A stretch of DNA of 64,000 nt from Vermamoeba vermiformis (Eukaryota), in NCBI GenBank assembly GCA_045837725.1, contig JBEWZL010000084.1, positions 248,001 through 312,000 of the forward strand. The letters are read 5' to 3'. A program made the translations under genes and the position numbers. The notes under the pieces were generated by a model that saw only the letters and a program-made list of their open reading frames with translations, had not been told where the DNA came from and did no database searches. Numbering within the stretch: position 1 is the stretch's first letter; the number at the start of each line of letters is the position of its first letter. This document shows, piece after piece, positions 27,701 to 40,253 of the stretch.

Positions 27701-28688
27701 GGTCAATCAACGCAACCGATTTTATTGCCCATAAAAGGAAATAATACGCTGGACATTGTGTTCTTCACTGACGACGGTCATTTGTACATTATTGACGGTG
27801 GATCTGGCTGCTTTGAAACAATCGACTTTGGCGAGGAAGAATATCCTTTAATTACCATTTTTAGCAATACTTTCCTAATTTAGAAATATCGTCACGTTCC
27901 TTGACTAACATTACGTCCATGGGATTCGTTCTTGCAGATGACATTCGAGGCAATGGCAAAATGAACCTGTTATTAACTACGTTGAAGTCGTTTGCTTTAT
28001 TGGAGACCCAAATGGACTATGACCCGATTTGGGCATGGTAAGTACATAAAAATATAACGATCAAAGAACTTGTCAAAGTTGACACGTGTCACGAACTTTT
28101 GACACGCACTTTTTCACAGAGATTTAAATTTAGCACTAAAACTCTATCTTGAAATTGCACTGAAAATGCGTTTATTTTACAGGAAAACATCGAGTCACAA
28201 CAGCGGTCCTATTACTGGCAATAGATTTGGAGTTCGAATTTCTAAGGAACTTAAATCGATCAAAAACATCGTGGGCAGAGATTTCAGTCTTTATTTTGAT
28301 ATCGTTGATAATAGAAGACACGTAAAGCCTCCTAGCTATAACGTTAGAGTAAGTTTTTAAGACAATGACGATTCACGAAAAACGGAACTTTTCCTAATTT
28401 GGTAAATTTATTCTTCAGATTTTCAACGGCGCCAAAATGCTCGGTGAATACAAGTATCTCTCAGCTGGTCAACAAAGAGTCAAACTGACCTCGCCAAACA
28501 TTCACCACGAGACTCTGATCCGCATTGAAGTCATGAACGAGTTTGGCCAAGTCGCTTTTGACGAGTTTGCGGTCTCGTTTAATGCTCACTTCGACCGAGA
28601 TTTCGCGTGGATATTAGCAATGCCGTTCATTGGCATGTGTTTTGTATTGTTGTTCGTCAAAGAAATGAAGAGCGTACTGCCCGTCTAA
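24714..28688 (+). CDS. DEX1: DEX1-like (DEFECTIVE IN EXINE FORMATION 1) FG-GAP beta-propeller membrane protein
   Basis: Signal peptide MKRIKLFIWCVLVVQICLA. Motifs YDINEDGIDEI, IPKLRVRKDWYTGL, VDAHVMASPIIADLN, YIASGVVAFNL, SSPVTADLNGDGRLEVLV and GHLYIIDG. C-terminal TM WILAMPFIGMCFVL. Confidence 0.88.
27841..27914 (+). other. U12-type (minor spliceosome) AT-AC intron in DEX1
   Basis: 5' ATATCCTTT, branch site TTCCTTGAC at 27897-27905, 3' end TTAC. Removal restores DFGEEE-SMGFVLADDIRGNG. Confidence 0.9.
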
Positions 28689-28872
28689 AATTAAATCAAA
28701 TAACATTAAATTGCTGCTATGCTGTTATTTATATAAATTTGCTTCTCACTAACGAATAATTTGTTCAAATAAGGAAATAACGTTTGCTCGCAGACAAACG
28801 TTACCGGATCTAATTTTTTCCATTCTTCTATCGTACAAACACAACAACCTCCTATAATTTATATAATTTATA

Positions 28873-29473
28873 ATGTTTAGCACGTACACACCCGCTATCG
28901 CCTCCGTGGCTGGATTCTACGTCCTCAGTTACGTCCCTCACTTTTTGAAGGGCTATTTTATTATGAAATCGGGTGAAAAAATCAACAACCACGACCCTAG
29001 AGGCGAACTTAAACGATTAGAAGAAAAGAACGTGGATAAGAACCTGGTAAGCAATTAAAAACTTTCGAATTGAATTTAAAAATCTCAAAAAATTCAAATT
29101 AACCATTTGAATAGATAAGCTTAATTAGGAGATGTGAAGCAGCCCATAACAACTCTTTGGAGAATTTTGCGCCGTTCGCATCCGCAGTAGCTCTCGCGAT
29201 GTTGCGCAGTATGTCAAAAAATAGTTTCTAACAGCGCAATTATTAACATTATAGATGCACCTGCCCCTACTGTAAATAAGGCAGCTTTATTATTCTTGGG
29301 TCTTAGAACCGCTTATCTCGGCGCTTACGTTTCAGGTGAGTTCAATTCTCAATTTGGTTCGAAGATCTGACGATTCAATTTCAGACCAACCCACTATTCG
29401 CAGCACCCTCTGGAGTGGTACTTTCGGCACAGTATTGTACCTCTTCTTTACCGCTTACAAGGGCCGAATTTAA
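28873..29473 (+). CDS. MAPEG family membrane protein (4 exons)
   Basis: Spliced INNHDPR...IRRCEAAHNNSLENFAPFASAVAL...LFLGLRTAY...IRSTLW. Confidence 0.85.
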
Positions 29474-29605
29474 TTGCAAAACTTGCGTCACGTGCATCCG
29501 TTACCAAACCACTCACGAGTTAACCCTTGAATGCTAATAATTAATTAATGATATTTATCTATACTATAATAAAATCCTTCATACGTTGTAAAAACAGCGT
29601 TTATT

Positions 29606-32438
29606 TTATTCCTTTTTCGTGGCTCGTAACAAAAAGTTTCTTAATTCATCGAGTACGTTCTTGGAATAAAATCCAATCTTTTCCAAAGATCGCATTAACA
29701 GCATAATACTCGCTTCAGTATCCTTATTCACAATCATATCATCCACAACTGTCAAGATCTGGTCGATCGTTAAATGACTGACTCCAATTGCAATAGCCGG
29801 CCAATGCTTAGGATAACCCTTCGTAATAGACACACTATCAATAGGCACATATGGTGATAAATAGAACTGTTCGTATTGTTTTGTCGCGGTAAAGAAGTAA
29901 TAGCAGTTGGTCTTGTAAATATCAACGTCTTTTGGGTTCTGTGGCCAAAATACTCTTAATAACGGCATCATAATGTAATTCAATATGACTCGTATTAGTC
30001 TCAATATTTCAATTTTCACGCTCTTCTTTTGCACTCGGAGTTTTTTCTTCTTCAGATCCGTTGAAATTTTGGGTTTTTCGATGTGCTCGGGAAGTTCCCA
30101 GTCTCCAGTATGAAAGTCTAATAGTCTATCACCATATGAATATATCTTCTTAGCATTAAGATCTGATCGCTTAGGCAGCTTTTGTTTGTTCCAACTGAAT
30201 TCTACCACTGGTGTTGCATTTTTGAAATTCGTTATGACTCGTTCCAAATACTGCAAATCAATTGTGCTATGATCAATAGTATTGAGTAATTTCGTTATGT
30301 GTTCTTCAATCTTCTCGTTCATTTTTGACAACGCCAAAGTCAAATTTGTAAAATGTTCGTCTAAACAGTTTTGTGGAAAGATTTTGTAGTGGCTAGTATA
30401 GTGGTTATTATAATTAAGCACCACATACATCTCTGCTAACGGCTTGAATTTTTCTAAGAATTCTTTAGGACTTTCAGCTTGGATCCATTCAAGCACGTAA
30501 TGCAAATGATCGAACGGATCATTCTTGTACATATGATCTACGTAATTGAATTTTCTTAGCAAAATTGCATTGTATTTGTTGAATTCTTTTTGATATTGAA
30601 CTCCAATCTTGTGCGCCATGTACTTGTTCGAATCAATACTGCCTTCAGCTTTAAACCAAGCAAAATCATCGCTCATCTCTCCAAATGCATGTTGATATTT
30701 GAGCTGTGGGAATGATTTTGATACCAATTGAACCATTGGATTTCTATCTTGTGGCAAGTCAGCTAAATTAACCCAATAAACGTCTTTCATAGCTTTCAAC
30801 GCCAAGATCCAGATATTCGTCGGAAATAACTCGTCAATTGAACTCGCTCTAGTTAATTGATCTCCATATTTGACACCAACAGCTTCAAGAATCTCTTCAG
30901 GAATGCAATCGAAATGCGTCAAATAATAGTCCCGCCAAAAGTTGAACGAGCGGCCAAACTCCGTTGTTCTTTTGTTAGCTCTTAAAAATGCCATTAATGG
31001 ACTTATATTCAACGAATATAATATCTTCTTGTTGATCTCCATTGGAAGTACGTCTATAAATAACTCCGTCATGTTGGCTGGATGCGACTGTAATACAACA
31101 TCTTGAACTGGCTGAATTTTTTGTGCAACGCGTTCAAATTCTTCGTCATCATCGCCATCTTTTATATTCTCAGATTTGGAAAATCCTATAAAAAAGTCAG
31201 TCCCGATATGGAAGTGGCATGTTCGGACATACCAATGACACTCGGATCTTCGACGAATTCTGCAAGAAACTCGAGAGTTTCATACGCTTGGTATTTTAGT
31301 TAATACTGGATTATTATTAGGCTTCGTAACTACTTACGGCAATCTGCATGATAGTTCTTGATGTTTTTGTGCCTGTTCAAGAACTGGGCAAGTTTTTTGA
31401 GCGTTTCGTGAGACCATTCACCGGCGTCTCCTAAAATACAAATTCATATAAGTCCTGGTGAATTGATACCAAGCTCATATGTATAACGTTCACGGAAGAG
31501 ATAAACGACAATTAACAGATCCGTCAAAAAAAAATGGTTTGCAAACAAAAAATTCGAAAAAGCAACGGATTTTTTGTACAACCATAAAACTATTAGTTGG
31601 AGCACCAACAACTATGGTAATCGATTAAGGTTAAAAAAAACCGACGTTTACCTAGGCATAGCTCCTTTAGATTGTGCTGGTCCTCTAGCGCATCCAAGAA
31701 CTGCAGCGCGACATGTTCGGTAAAATTATTACCAAAACTCAAACTTGTGAGAGCTGTGGCGTTACGACAGTAGTGCAGTAATATCGGTATTAGAACGTCA
31801 TTGTCGTTTTCGAACCTCACTAATAATATTAACATTAATAAACTAAGCTCTATTTTTCGTATTTATGAGCTATTTTATTTCTTTATTTGGATCTGATCTA
31901 CTTACAGGACAAGCTACGAAGCTGATTTTTTCGAGCCAATGTCTCAAATAATGGCTGAAAATCACTGTTGTCCTTACAAGAGATATCTGCCAAATACTAA
32001 TTAATTGACGCAGTCATAAAAGTGCTACTTACATCCGACAGAGAGTGAAGTGAGCGAAGAATTGCTCTCCAAAGCAGCAACAAATTTACGAATATTCTCT
32101 TTTTCCAATGTGGGCGAGTCTGATTTTATTAGAGAATATTTGAAACGTTTTGATCTTACCAAAGTGATTGATTTCTTCAACAATAGAACTTCGTGCGATC
32201 GCGTTAGATAATGCGTCAAACTGCTCTAGATTTTTTATATAATCTGCAGTGTAATCAATAAGTTAGTCGTGATCCGATTTAATTTAATCGAATTCAAAAA
32301 AATTCGAATCTGCCAGCAAAATTGTTGGTGCATCTAAAATCTCAGTATATAGTTACCGCGTAATCTCCAGATTTTTTGCGTCGCTTGAAGGTATTGAATA
32401 AATTTCTCGGTGTTTAACGGTGGATGGAATGCTTCCAT
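29606..32438 (-). CDS. RI-like leucine-rich-repeat N-terminus spliced in frame to an F-box-like motif and an unknown C-terminal domain
   Basis: LRR exons (ALESNSSLTSLSV, NATALTSLSFGNN, QHNLKELCL) join through introns 31287-31337 and 31186-31232 to the long exon containing FIDVLPMEINKKIL (ORF 29606..31072). Confidence 0.72.
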
Positions 32439-32659
32439 TTGATTGGCGTTTAGATTATTCCTTCAATGCCTCAAAAATGGCATAATAAAAAATATGACCC
32501 TTTTCCGGTCTCCTTTCCGCGCTTTTTCTGAGTTGTGATTCGATCCAGCGCTATATTTACTTAAAATCTGTTGCAACGTAACTAACAGTCTTATCAAGGT
32601 AGCGAAGTGCTTACATTAATTAAATTACTTTATTGTAACGAGAGCGATGAACAAGAACA

Positions 32660-35600
32660 TTAATAACCGGCAGATTCTCCGTATTTTCTAAATAAATCAA
32701 ACTTAGCAAGTGGCTCGTACATATCAAATTAATAATACTATACCTGAAGTCTGAAGCCGAATACAAGTTTTCGCCGTCAATTATAATGCCTTGAACGCAA
32801 GCATTCTTTTGCACATCGAAGAACTAATTATAAGTAATTTAGTAAATATGCCTTCAGTGCAAGTAATACTAACTATCATATACGTACCTCGTGCTTATAC
32901 TTAGTGCCCAAGGTATTGCGCATCTCAGCGGGGAAGTTCGGTTCGATGTACACCTTGTTGGGATACAACTGGTGATGTACACGGGGCTTGTAAATCGCTT
33001 GCTTGATGTTTTCACCAAAGGCCAAGACGTCTAAGATAACACTGATCGTCGCGGTGGTGATACGAGGACCGCCGCTGCCTCCCACGACCATGTAAGGTTG
33101 ATCGTTCTGCATGATATTATGTTAGTATTTCCTTATTAGGCAATATATCCCGGTCATGACGTACCTTCAAAACGATAGTAGGACTCATCGAGGACAAGGG
33201 TCTCTTGCCGGGGGCTGTAATAATAATTAGATTAGTAACAATCATCGAATGAAACACATGCCACACGGGCCCTTTTTACGATTAATGCAAGTTTGGTATT
33301 TAATAGAGACACTTACCAACAAAATTGGCAACAGAAGGTGCCAAGCCAAACTGGTTGGGAAGTCCAGGAATGCTGAAATCATCCATCTCGTCGTTGAAAA
33401 TGATGCCAGTATTGGGTCCTAACACCATACTGCCGTAGCCCAAGTTGATCTAAAATCAATCGTAAATAAACAAATGCACACCAAACATTTTTTCTGAAAT
33501 GCGCAAGAGTAATGAACTATTTGTAGAGCTACTTTGAATATAAAACGTGGATCCACGTACCGTTGAAGTCAACGCAACAGAGTTTCGATCCTTGTCCACA
33601 ACAGACATATGACTAGTGCCTTGAGGCGAGACAGGGGCTTCAGTGTTCAAGTCCTTGTAGTAAGTCGGATCGTGGGTTTGTGACTGCGAAACCACGGGAT
33701 GTTAGGCAACAGTTGGATTTGCAATATTCATTTGCCAAGGACTTACCAAGTCAATTCTAGGTCTGATACGGGAAGCATGATCTTTGCTAACAAGCTCCTG
33801 AATGATCAATATTGACGAACTCCGGATCAGCCTGAAACATTACTTCATTAGTCTTGGTTATTAAATTGGTATTGCTGAACGTACCAAAGCCATACGGTTG
33901 CTAAAAGCAAACTTCCAAGACTCGATAATCATATGCACGGTTTCAACGTCGTAAGATCTCTTCGGGAGATTGAAAAGTTCGAGCAAGTTGAGCGTGTACA
34001 TAGTCAATGCACCGCCTATTTTTAGAAAAAAAATTAGATCGAAATACGAGGAATTATATTGATTATTTTTACCTGAGAAAGGAGCGTTAGACCCGATTAC
34101 TTTGTAGCCCTGGAAATAAGTGCTCAATGGCTCTCGCAACTTAATAGTGTAGTCGTGGAAATCCTGTTCAGTAATATTTCCTCCGTTGCTATTAATCTCG
34201 TTGACCATAATAGGAGTCAGTTCTCCGTTGTAAAACACATCGGATCCGCCAGCTGCGATCTTTCTCAAACTTTCAGCCAACTTGATGTTCTTCAAAATGC
34301 TTCCTTCTGGCAAAAGATTTCCGTTTCCATCGGAGAATACTGCCATCATAGTAGGACTTTGCTTCATAGGGGCGGAATCCAACTGCGATAAAAAGTCAGA
34401 TCCGGATTCAGGCCAACACTATCCAGAATTTTGGAATAGATGTCATATAATACTTACAGTCATAGACTCTAACAACCACTTCTCTACTTTAATGCCATTA
34501 GCCGCCAAGTCAATAGCTTTGTCGAACAAACGAGACCAGCTGATCTTGCCACTTCCGTACTAAACAAAAGTGTTAACATTAGGCATCAAATATCAGATAC
34601 TTTTAATACAACGTGTTGAATAATATTGTAATAATATAATTTAAACGATTAAGGACATTAGAGAGTCACTTACATTCTTCCAAGCATATTCAAGACCCTT
34701 CAATTCGCCAGGTACTGCAACGGCCAATCCACCACGTGATGCCAGTTTGGGATTCGCGACAAACATTTCTAAAGAAATTTCAACAGATCAGTCGACAAGT
34801 TCAAACAGCGGCTGCTGATAACTTTTCGTTCGATAGTTCGTTGTGAATTTAAATATCATCCATCGAGGTAAGTTTAATATAATGCCTATTATACGGTATA
34901 ATCGTTTTAATCGAAATAATAAAGCAAACATACCAGCATAAGCATTGCGCGGGGCAGTCTCTCGTGCGTCAATAACAACCGTTGTGCCATTAGCCAGCCT
35001 TATTCTAAGGATTACATGCATTAATAGGCGCCAGATAGATAAGATATATAATATTGAGATTCTATTTTTGAAACTTACAACATGACATGACCGCCTCCAA
35101 TACCGCTAGCCGAAGGACCTGCAACACCCTGGCAAAGGCACGTAGCCACCGCTATGATAAAACTTGGTTAATATGATACCGTTATATGAAGTAAATAAGT
35201 ATAAGAATATTCCAGAATATTCTTAGCTCAACGGCGAGCCGAAGGTTGGGATCGAACGGTCTCAAACTATTTCAATTACCGTAGAAATAATTATTTACCT
35301 GCATCAATTGCATTACCGCCCTCTTTAAGAATTTCTACGCCAAAAGCACTGTAACAAAGCTTAGAATACGTATCTTTGCTAAATCTGAAGAAACTTTGCG
35401 TAGTAATAGTTTATTCGTACCTGCACGCCGGGTTATCAGCCGCTACTGCACCATTTTGCGATTGTAAAGGAGTGAGTTGTTGAGGAATATCTAAACCAAA
35501 CCGATCAAATAAAAAATTAAACTGGGATAATAGCTAATTTTCTCATGCTCATTATATTAATTAGATAACGAAAATAGTATTAACAGCATATTATAAGTGA

Positions 35601-35861
35601 ATTTACTAATTTTGTACAAGCGAAAACCGATGAGACAAGTCGTGTGACATTACCTGGTCTATTTGCTACGGCAACGACAACGATTATAATGAATACAATT
35701 ACGAGAAGTGAAACACCGCCAATAATGAGCCAATTTCGGATCTTCTTCCTCCGCTCAAATCCAGATCCTCCATCTCGAATTAACCTGAGGTCCCTTGAAT
35801 ACGGGTTTATTTAATGTAATTATCTTAACTTGACTTACGACTCCTGTTCTAAATCGCTCAT
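32660..35861 (-). CDS. GGT: Gamma-glutamyltranspeptidase, type II membrane; apparent +1 frameshift in exon 33747-33831
   Basis: TM anchor, [38 protein letters not shown], catalytic [43 protein letters not shown] and SDFRK. Confidence 0.92.
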
Positions 35862-36018
35862 ATTGTGACCGCGAGCGAAAATTCAATAAAAATGACGGCG
35901 AAGATTTTTGAAAGACTGTCAACAAAGCTATTTCTGGTAGAATTACAGGTTTTTATTGATTTTTAAAGTACATATAAACAATATTTAGTACCCTGCTACC
36001 AAAGTTCTCTTTACGCTC

Positions 36019-36678
36019 TTAAGGGCGAACGCATTGAGAAGGTTGGCAAGGAGCGTCAGGGCAGGTGTGAGTAACACGGCGAGCGCAACCAGAGCGGCCC
36101 GGAACATAAGTGGGCCAGGGCAAGAGAGGATCGACAGACTCGTCGTAGTTCAAAACACCTTGTTGTTGCAAGAAGCGAACTGAGTCGGACAACCATTCAG
36201 TGAACTCGTAGAATTGAGTACCAGCGAAGTTGGTCTTGCCGAACCAGATATCGTTGACGACAGATCTGACGCCAGCTTGGGTAGTTTGTCTGAATTGGAC
36301 CTTGACGGCACCGTTGCGGGTAGCAGCGTCGATGGCAAAGCCGTCAGCTTCAATGAAGACTGAGACGTTGTTGGGGCGAGAAGTGGGCACGCAGTAGCTA
36401 TCAATGTCGGTCAAAGCAGCAGTGAGACCGTTGTAGCGAGCGAAGAGGTAAGAGAAGAGCACATCCTCGTCGAAGACTTCAATCATCTTGTTTCTGTTGC
36501 AAGTAGTGTATGATTCAGCAAATGAGAAGAAAGCACGTTGAACGCGACCACGATAGCCGACGAAGAGAGGGCCGTTGTAGATTACGCCCTCAGGCAATTG
36601 GTACCAGTTTTCAGAGAAACCTTGAGCGGCGATGAGGCCGACAAAGCCGAGAAGAGCGACCAAGACAAGCTTGTTCAT
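36019..36678 (-). CDS. Secreted intronless NTF2/SnoaL-like protein (219 aa)
   Basis: Signal peptide MNKLVLVALLGFVGLIAA. SnoaL-like pattern (FAESY...MIEVFDEDVLFS...YNGLTA...ND...FYEFTEWL). Cys-containing tail. Strong C-ending codon bias. Confidence 0.7.
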   Translation of the reverse strand: MNKLVLVALLGFVGLIAAQGFSENWYQLPEGVIYNGPLFVGYRGRVQRAFFSFAESYTTCNRNKMIEVFDEDVLFSYLFARYNGLTAALTDIDSYCVPTSRPNNVSVFIEADGFAIDAATRNGAVKVQFRQTTQAGVRSVVNDIWFGKTNFAGTQFYEFTEWLSDSVRFLQQQGVLNYDESVDPLLPWPTYVPGRSGCARRVTHTCPDAPCQPSQCVRP

Positions 36679-36732
36679 CTTGTGTTGTGTGTAATTGTGT
36701 TTTTGTTTGAATAAAGACTGTCCGAATTTCGA

Positions 36733-36740
36733 TATTTATA
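36733..36740 (-). promoter_or_regulatory. Probable TATA box (TATAAATA) of the NTF2/SnoaL gene
   Basis: TATAAATA on the minus strand about 55 bp upstream of ATG 36678. Confidence 0.5.
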
Positions 36741-37383
36741 GTTTTTTGTCGCCACGTGATAAATAAATTTTAGTTGTGGGCGGAGCTCCAATACCGAAGT
36801 ATACTTAAAATTTAATCATTAGTTCCGATAAAGCTCCAAAGCATCTGAGAGGGTGGCGTTGGTGCATATATACATTACGAGACTTACTCTCGAACATCCG
36901 AAAGCTCGGATCTTGATTCGAATCTCACGTTTCGTACAGACAGAGCCCGCTTGCAGCGCACGGTGTCGGTATTGAATTATGCCCCATTAGGAGGTACTTG
37001 TGGCAAACGTACGAATAGAATTCTTCGCTTTCTAAGTGTGTAATATTCATCTCCGTTTCGAGGTTTAAAGATATTTTTTCTTTCTGAATTTCCTTTTATG
37101 GATTTACGGTATTTTGGTTGTAAAACTGAAAGTCGCTAGAACGATTCCGACGCTTACCTCTCTGTGATGCCAATTGGCAATATTGACCTCAAAGCGCAGT
37201 TTTTCTTGCAGTTGTTCGGTCGCGTGCCGGATTTACCAAACGGCATTTGCCACGCAGTTTGTCAATATGACAGCAATGGCTCAAGGTCCTAGTATGAATC
37301 AAATAAGTAGCGCATAAATTAGGACAGGCAGGTTACTTAACTATAAGACTTATTCGAAGCGTTTTTCCGACGACGATCTATTT

Positions 37384-38663
37384 TTAACCGGTTTTATTTT
37401 CAGATTGTCGCGAGATAAAATGGCTGTCCACCCATTTTAAATGTCTCAATGAGGCTGCAAGCTGCGCTCGAACCGTGGCGACGCTGATAGTATGAAAGAC
37501 AGGGTTACCTTCTATCATCAGCGTATCCAGTTTCGGTGCGCATCTGGGGAGCGCTGTCAATACGTAGTCGAGAGAAGCTATCATATTTCCATGTAGGCCT
37601 AAGAATGACAGCTCTGGAAGGTTCGGCAAGTCTTCAACTTTATCTATAACATTGCATGAAATCGACAACCTACAAAAAGTCTTAGATCCGGCGCATCTAT
37701 CTCCGCCTTCAGAAGCGCTTACCTTTTTAGTTTAGTGTTTGCCGAGAGATTCTCCACTCGCTTAATCCTATTCGCACGAAGGTCGAGTACTTCAAGGTCG
37801 GGCAAGGCTTCTAGATTTTCAATCTTCGTGATCTTGTTGCTGCTAAGGTACAGCTCTTTACAGCCTCGTGCTGACCTCAGATCCGGTATACTCGTCAACT
37901 CATTGGCGGATAGATGTAATATGACGAGGCTACTGAACGAAATGAACGCGTTGGAATGCACCTTCTCGACAAAATTTGAGTATAGCGCGAGTTCCTAGGA
38001 TGAGGTTAGATCCTGAAGTATAAAGAAGAATTAAAGCTTACTGTTACTGTAGCGACATATGCCTTGTCTTCTTCGTTCTCTATCGTCAATTGATCCACCT
38101 CTGTGAGTCGTTTGTTCGAGAGGTCTAGTCGCGTACTGTTGCCTTTACGTGTTCGGATAACACTCTAGAGAGGAAGACTAGCATTACTATTAGTGCACTA
38201 TTGTATGAAAGGAATTAGGGTAGCGGGAGCTAGCTTTGTACAAATTTGAAACTCGCGCATCTGGCCAAAAAGATCGAGTGATTGTCAACTCAAAGATCAA
38301 CCCAAACATAGATGAAAAATAGAGGCTTAAAGTTGAAAGAACACGCTCCAAATATTTAAATTTAATTGTGTGGTGCACAAAACTCGAACCAACGGGTTGC
38401 ACTGTGTCTGAGATAGCAAGATCCAATTTTAGCATTAAATAATTTGCAAATAGACAAAAATTAAATTAACTCGCGTAAAAATTCGGACATACATCTCGCA
38501 CGACCTCATAAATTATGTAAATTATAATTAATTGCGTAAGCAAACAGAAAACGGATTCCTCATCTTGCAAAAGAGCGCAACGGTAACTTACCAGTAGACA
38601 TTCAGTGTTCAATGGGTTTGCTGGAAATATATTCCCACTAGTGCGTTCGTCAATATCTTCCAT
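37384..38663 (-). CDS. SDS22-like leucine-rich repeat protein
   Basis: LxxLxLxxNxIxxIENL repeats (LYLSSNKITKIENL, LDLRANRIKRVENL), LRRcap-like EGNP...LKWVD, and GT-AG introns. Confidence 0.85.
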
Positions 38664-38746
38664 TAGATGGTTCTGTAGTGCTGTTAGTTGTGGTTGCTGA
38701 GTGACGTGTGGTCAAAACTTTGGCAAGTTCCATCTACTCTCCGCTC

Positions 38747-39927
38747 ATGAGCGCAACTACTCAGCCTGAGTTTTTAATCTACGGCGCCAATGGTTATCTT
38801 GGTTCACACATCGTAACCGTATTGCGCGCTCAGGCGAAGACGTTCGAGATTGGAAAGGCACGCATTGAAAACAAAGCATCAGTAGAAGCAGAAATTGATT
38901 CTTTGCGTCCAAAATATGTTATTTGTGCTGCAGGATTAGCCGGCAAACCCAATGTGGTAAGACACGTTCATGGCCATTTTAAAAGATTTTTTAAATTTCT
39001 GGGCTGATGAGCTTTGATAATAATTATTTTGCTATAATACTACACGCATAATATTATACGTCATTTTAATGCGATCAGAATTGGTTTGAAGATCCGAAGA
39101 ACAAGCCCGAAGCTGTTCGCATTAATGTACTTGCCCAACTCAACGTTGCTGATGCTTGCTACACGCGCAACTTGCACTGCACGTTGTTGGGTACTGGTAT
39201 GATGTATAATTATGACGCTCAGCATCCATTGGAAGGAGGCAAGCCATTCAAAGTAAGTCTCATCTGCAGTGTTTACTGACCCGAATGCACACTCCGAGTA
39301 CTCACCTCATCTGTAGGAAGATGACCCTGCAAACTACACAGGCCTATATTACGTCGAGCTAAGACTATTATTAGAACAACTACTAAAGGTAAGCCATTCG
39401 TGCGTGTAGATGTGTTGTTGCTAATTAGGGTCCGAGTCAGGCTTACACGAACGTGCTTAACTTACGTGTGCTCTTCCCAATTTCGAGTGATTTTAGCAAC
39501 AAGAGCCTCAATGGCAAGTTAATCACCTTCAAGCAAGTCGTCAGTGTTCGTAACTCGTTTACCGTCGTGGATTCGCTTTGGCCGGTAGGTGTTTTGCGAA
39601 TGGTTCGGTCTTTTGCTAGTTATTTAATATGATTCTCATTAGTATATACCTCTTATGGCCGAGAAGAACATTACGGGGACGTTCAATTTTACTAATCCAG
39701 GAGCTATGTCTCACGGTGACATATTGAAGTTGTACAAGGAACACGTTGATCCGAACTTCGAATGGACCGAGATTACCAAAGAGGAGTTTGAGCGCGTAAA
39801 TAACATGACGAGGCCTAACGCTGAATTGGACGCGTCAAAATTGCTGCAATACTTCCCGGACATTAAAAATGTACGAGATGCAGTCGCGGATGTGATGAAG
39901 AAGGGCAAGGAAGTGCTGAAGAAGTAA
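38747..39927 (+). CDS. NDP-4-keto-6-deoxyglucose 3,5-epimerase/4-reductase (NRS/ER-like, rhamnose synthesis)
   Basis: FLIYGANGYLG, VICAAGLAGKPNVNWFE, NVLAQLNVADAC, GTGMMYNYDAQHP, LNLRVLFPI, TGTFNFTNPG and RPNAELDASKL. Confidence 0.88.
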
Positions 39928-40253
39928 CTTGCTAAGAATATCAAAGCTGGTCTGCGTCATTTCTTCTACGACGCTTTCACAAGTGCACAGCCAGCAGCGC
40001 GTGCTACATATTTGACCAAAGTTTGACCGAACAAAATTCGCACGGAAACTGAAAAAGTAAAATTAATTTAGCAAACAACCCAGAGGAATCACCACACTAA
40101 ATAAACGATTGTTATAATCGTAATTTTTGTTGGCTTGTAGAAGATTCGGATATCCTACCTATCTTCCGTCTTTCATCTGAAAGATTAGCAAATCAGCACA
40201 TCTATCGAGTTTGCTCAAGCCAAAAGCAATCAATTACGTCAATTTATATAAAA

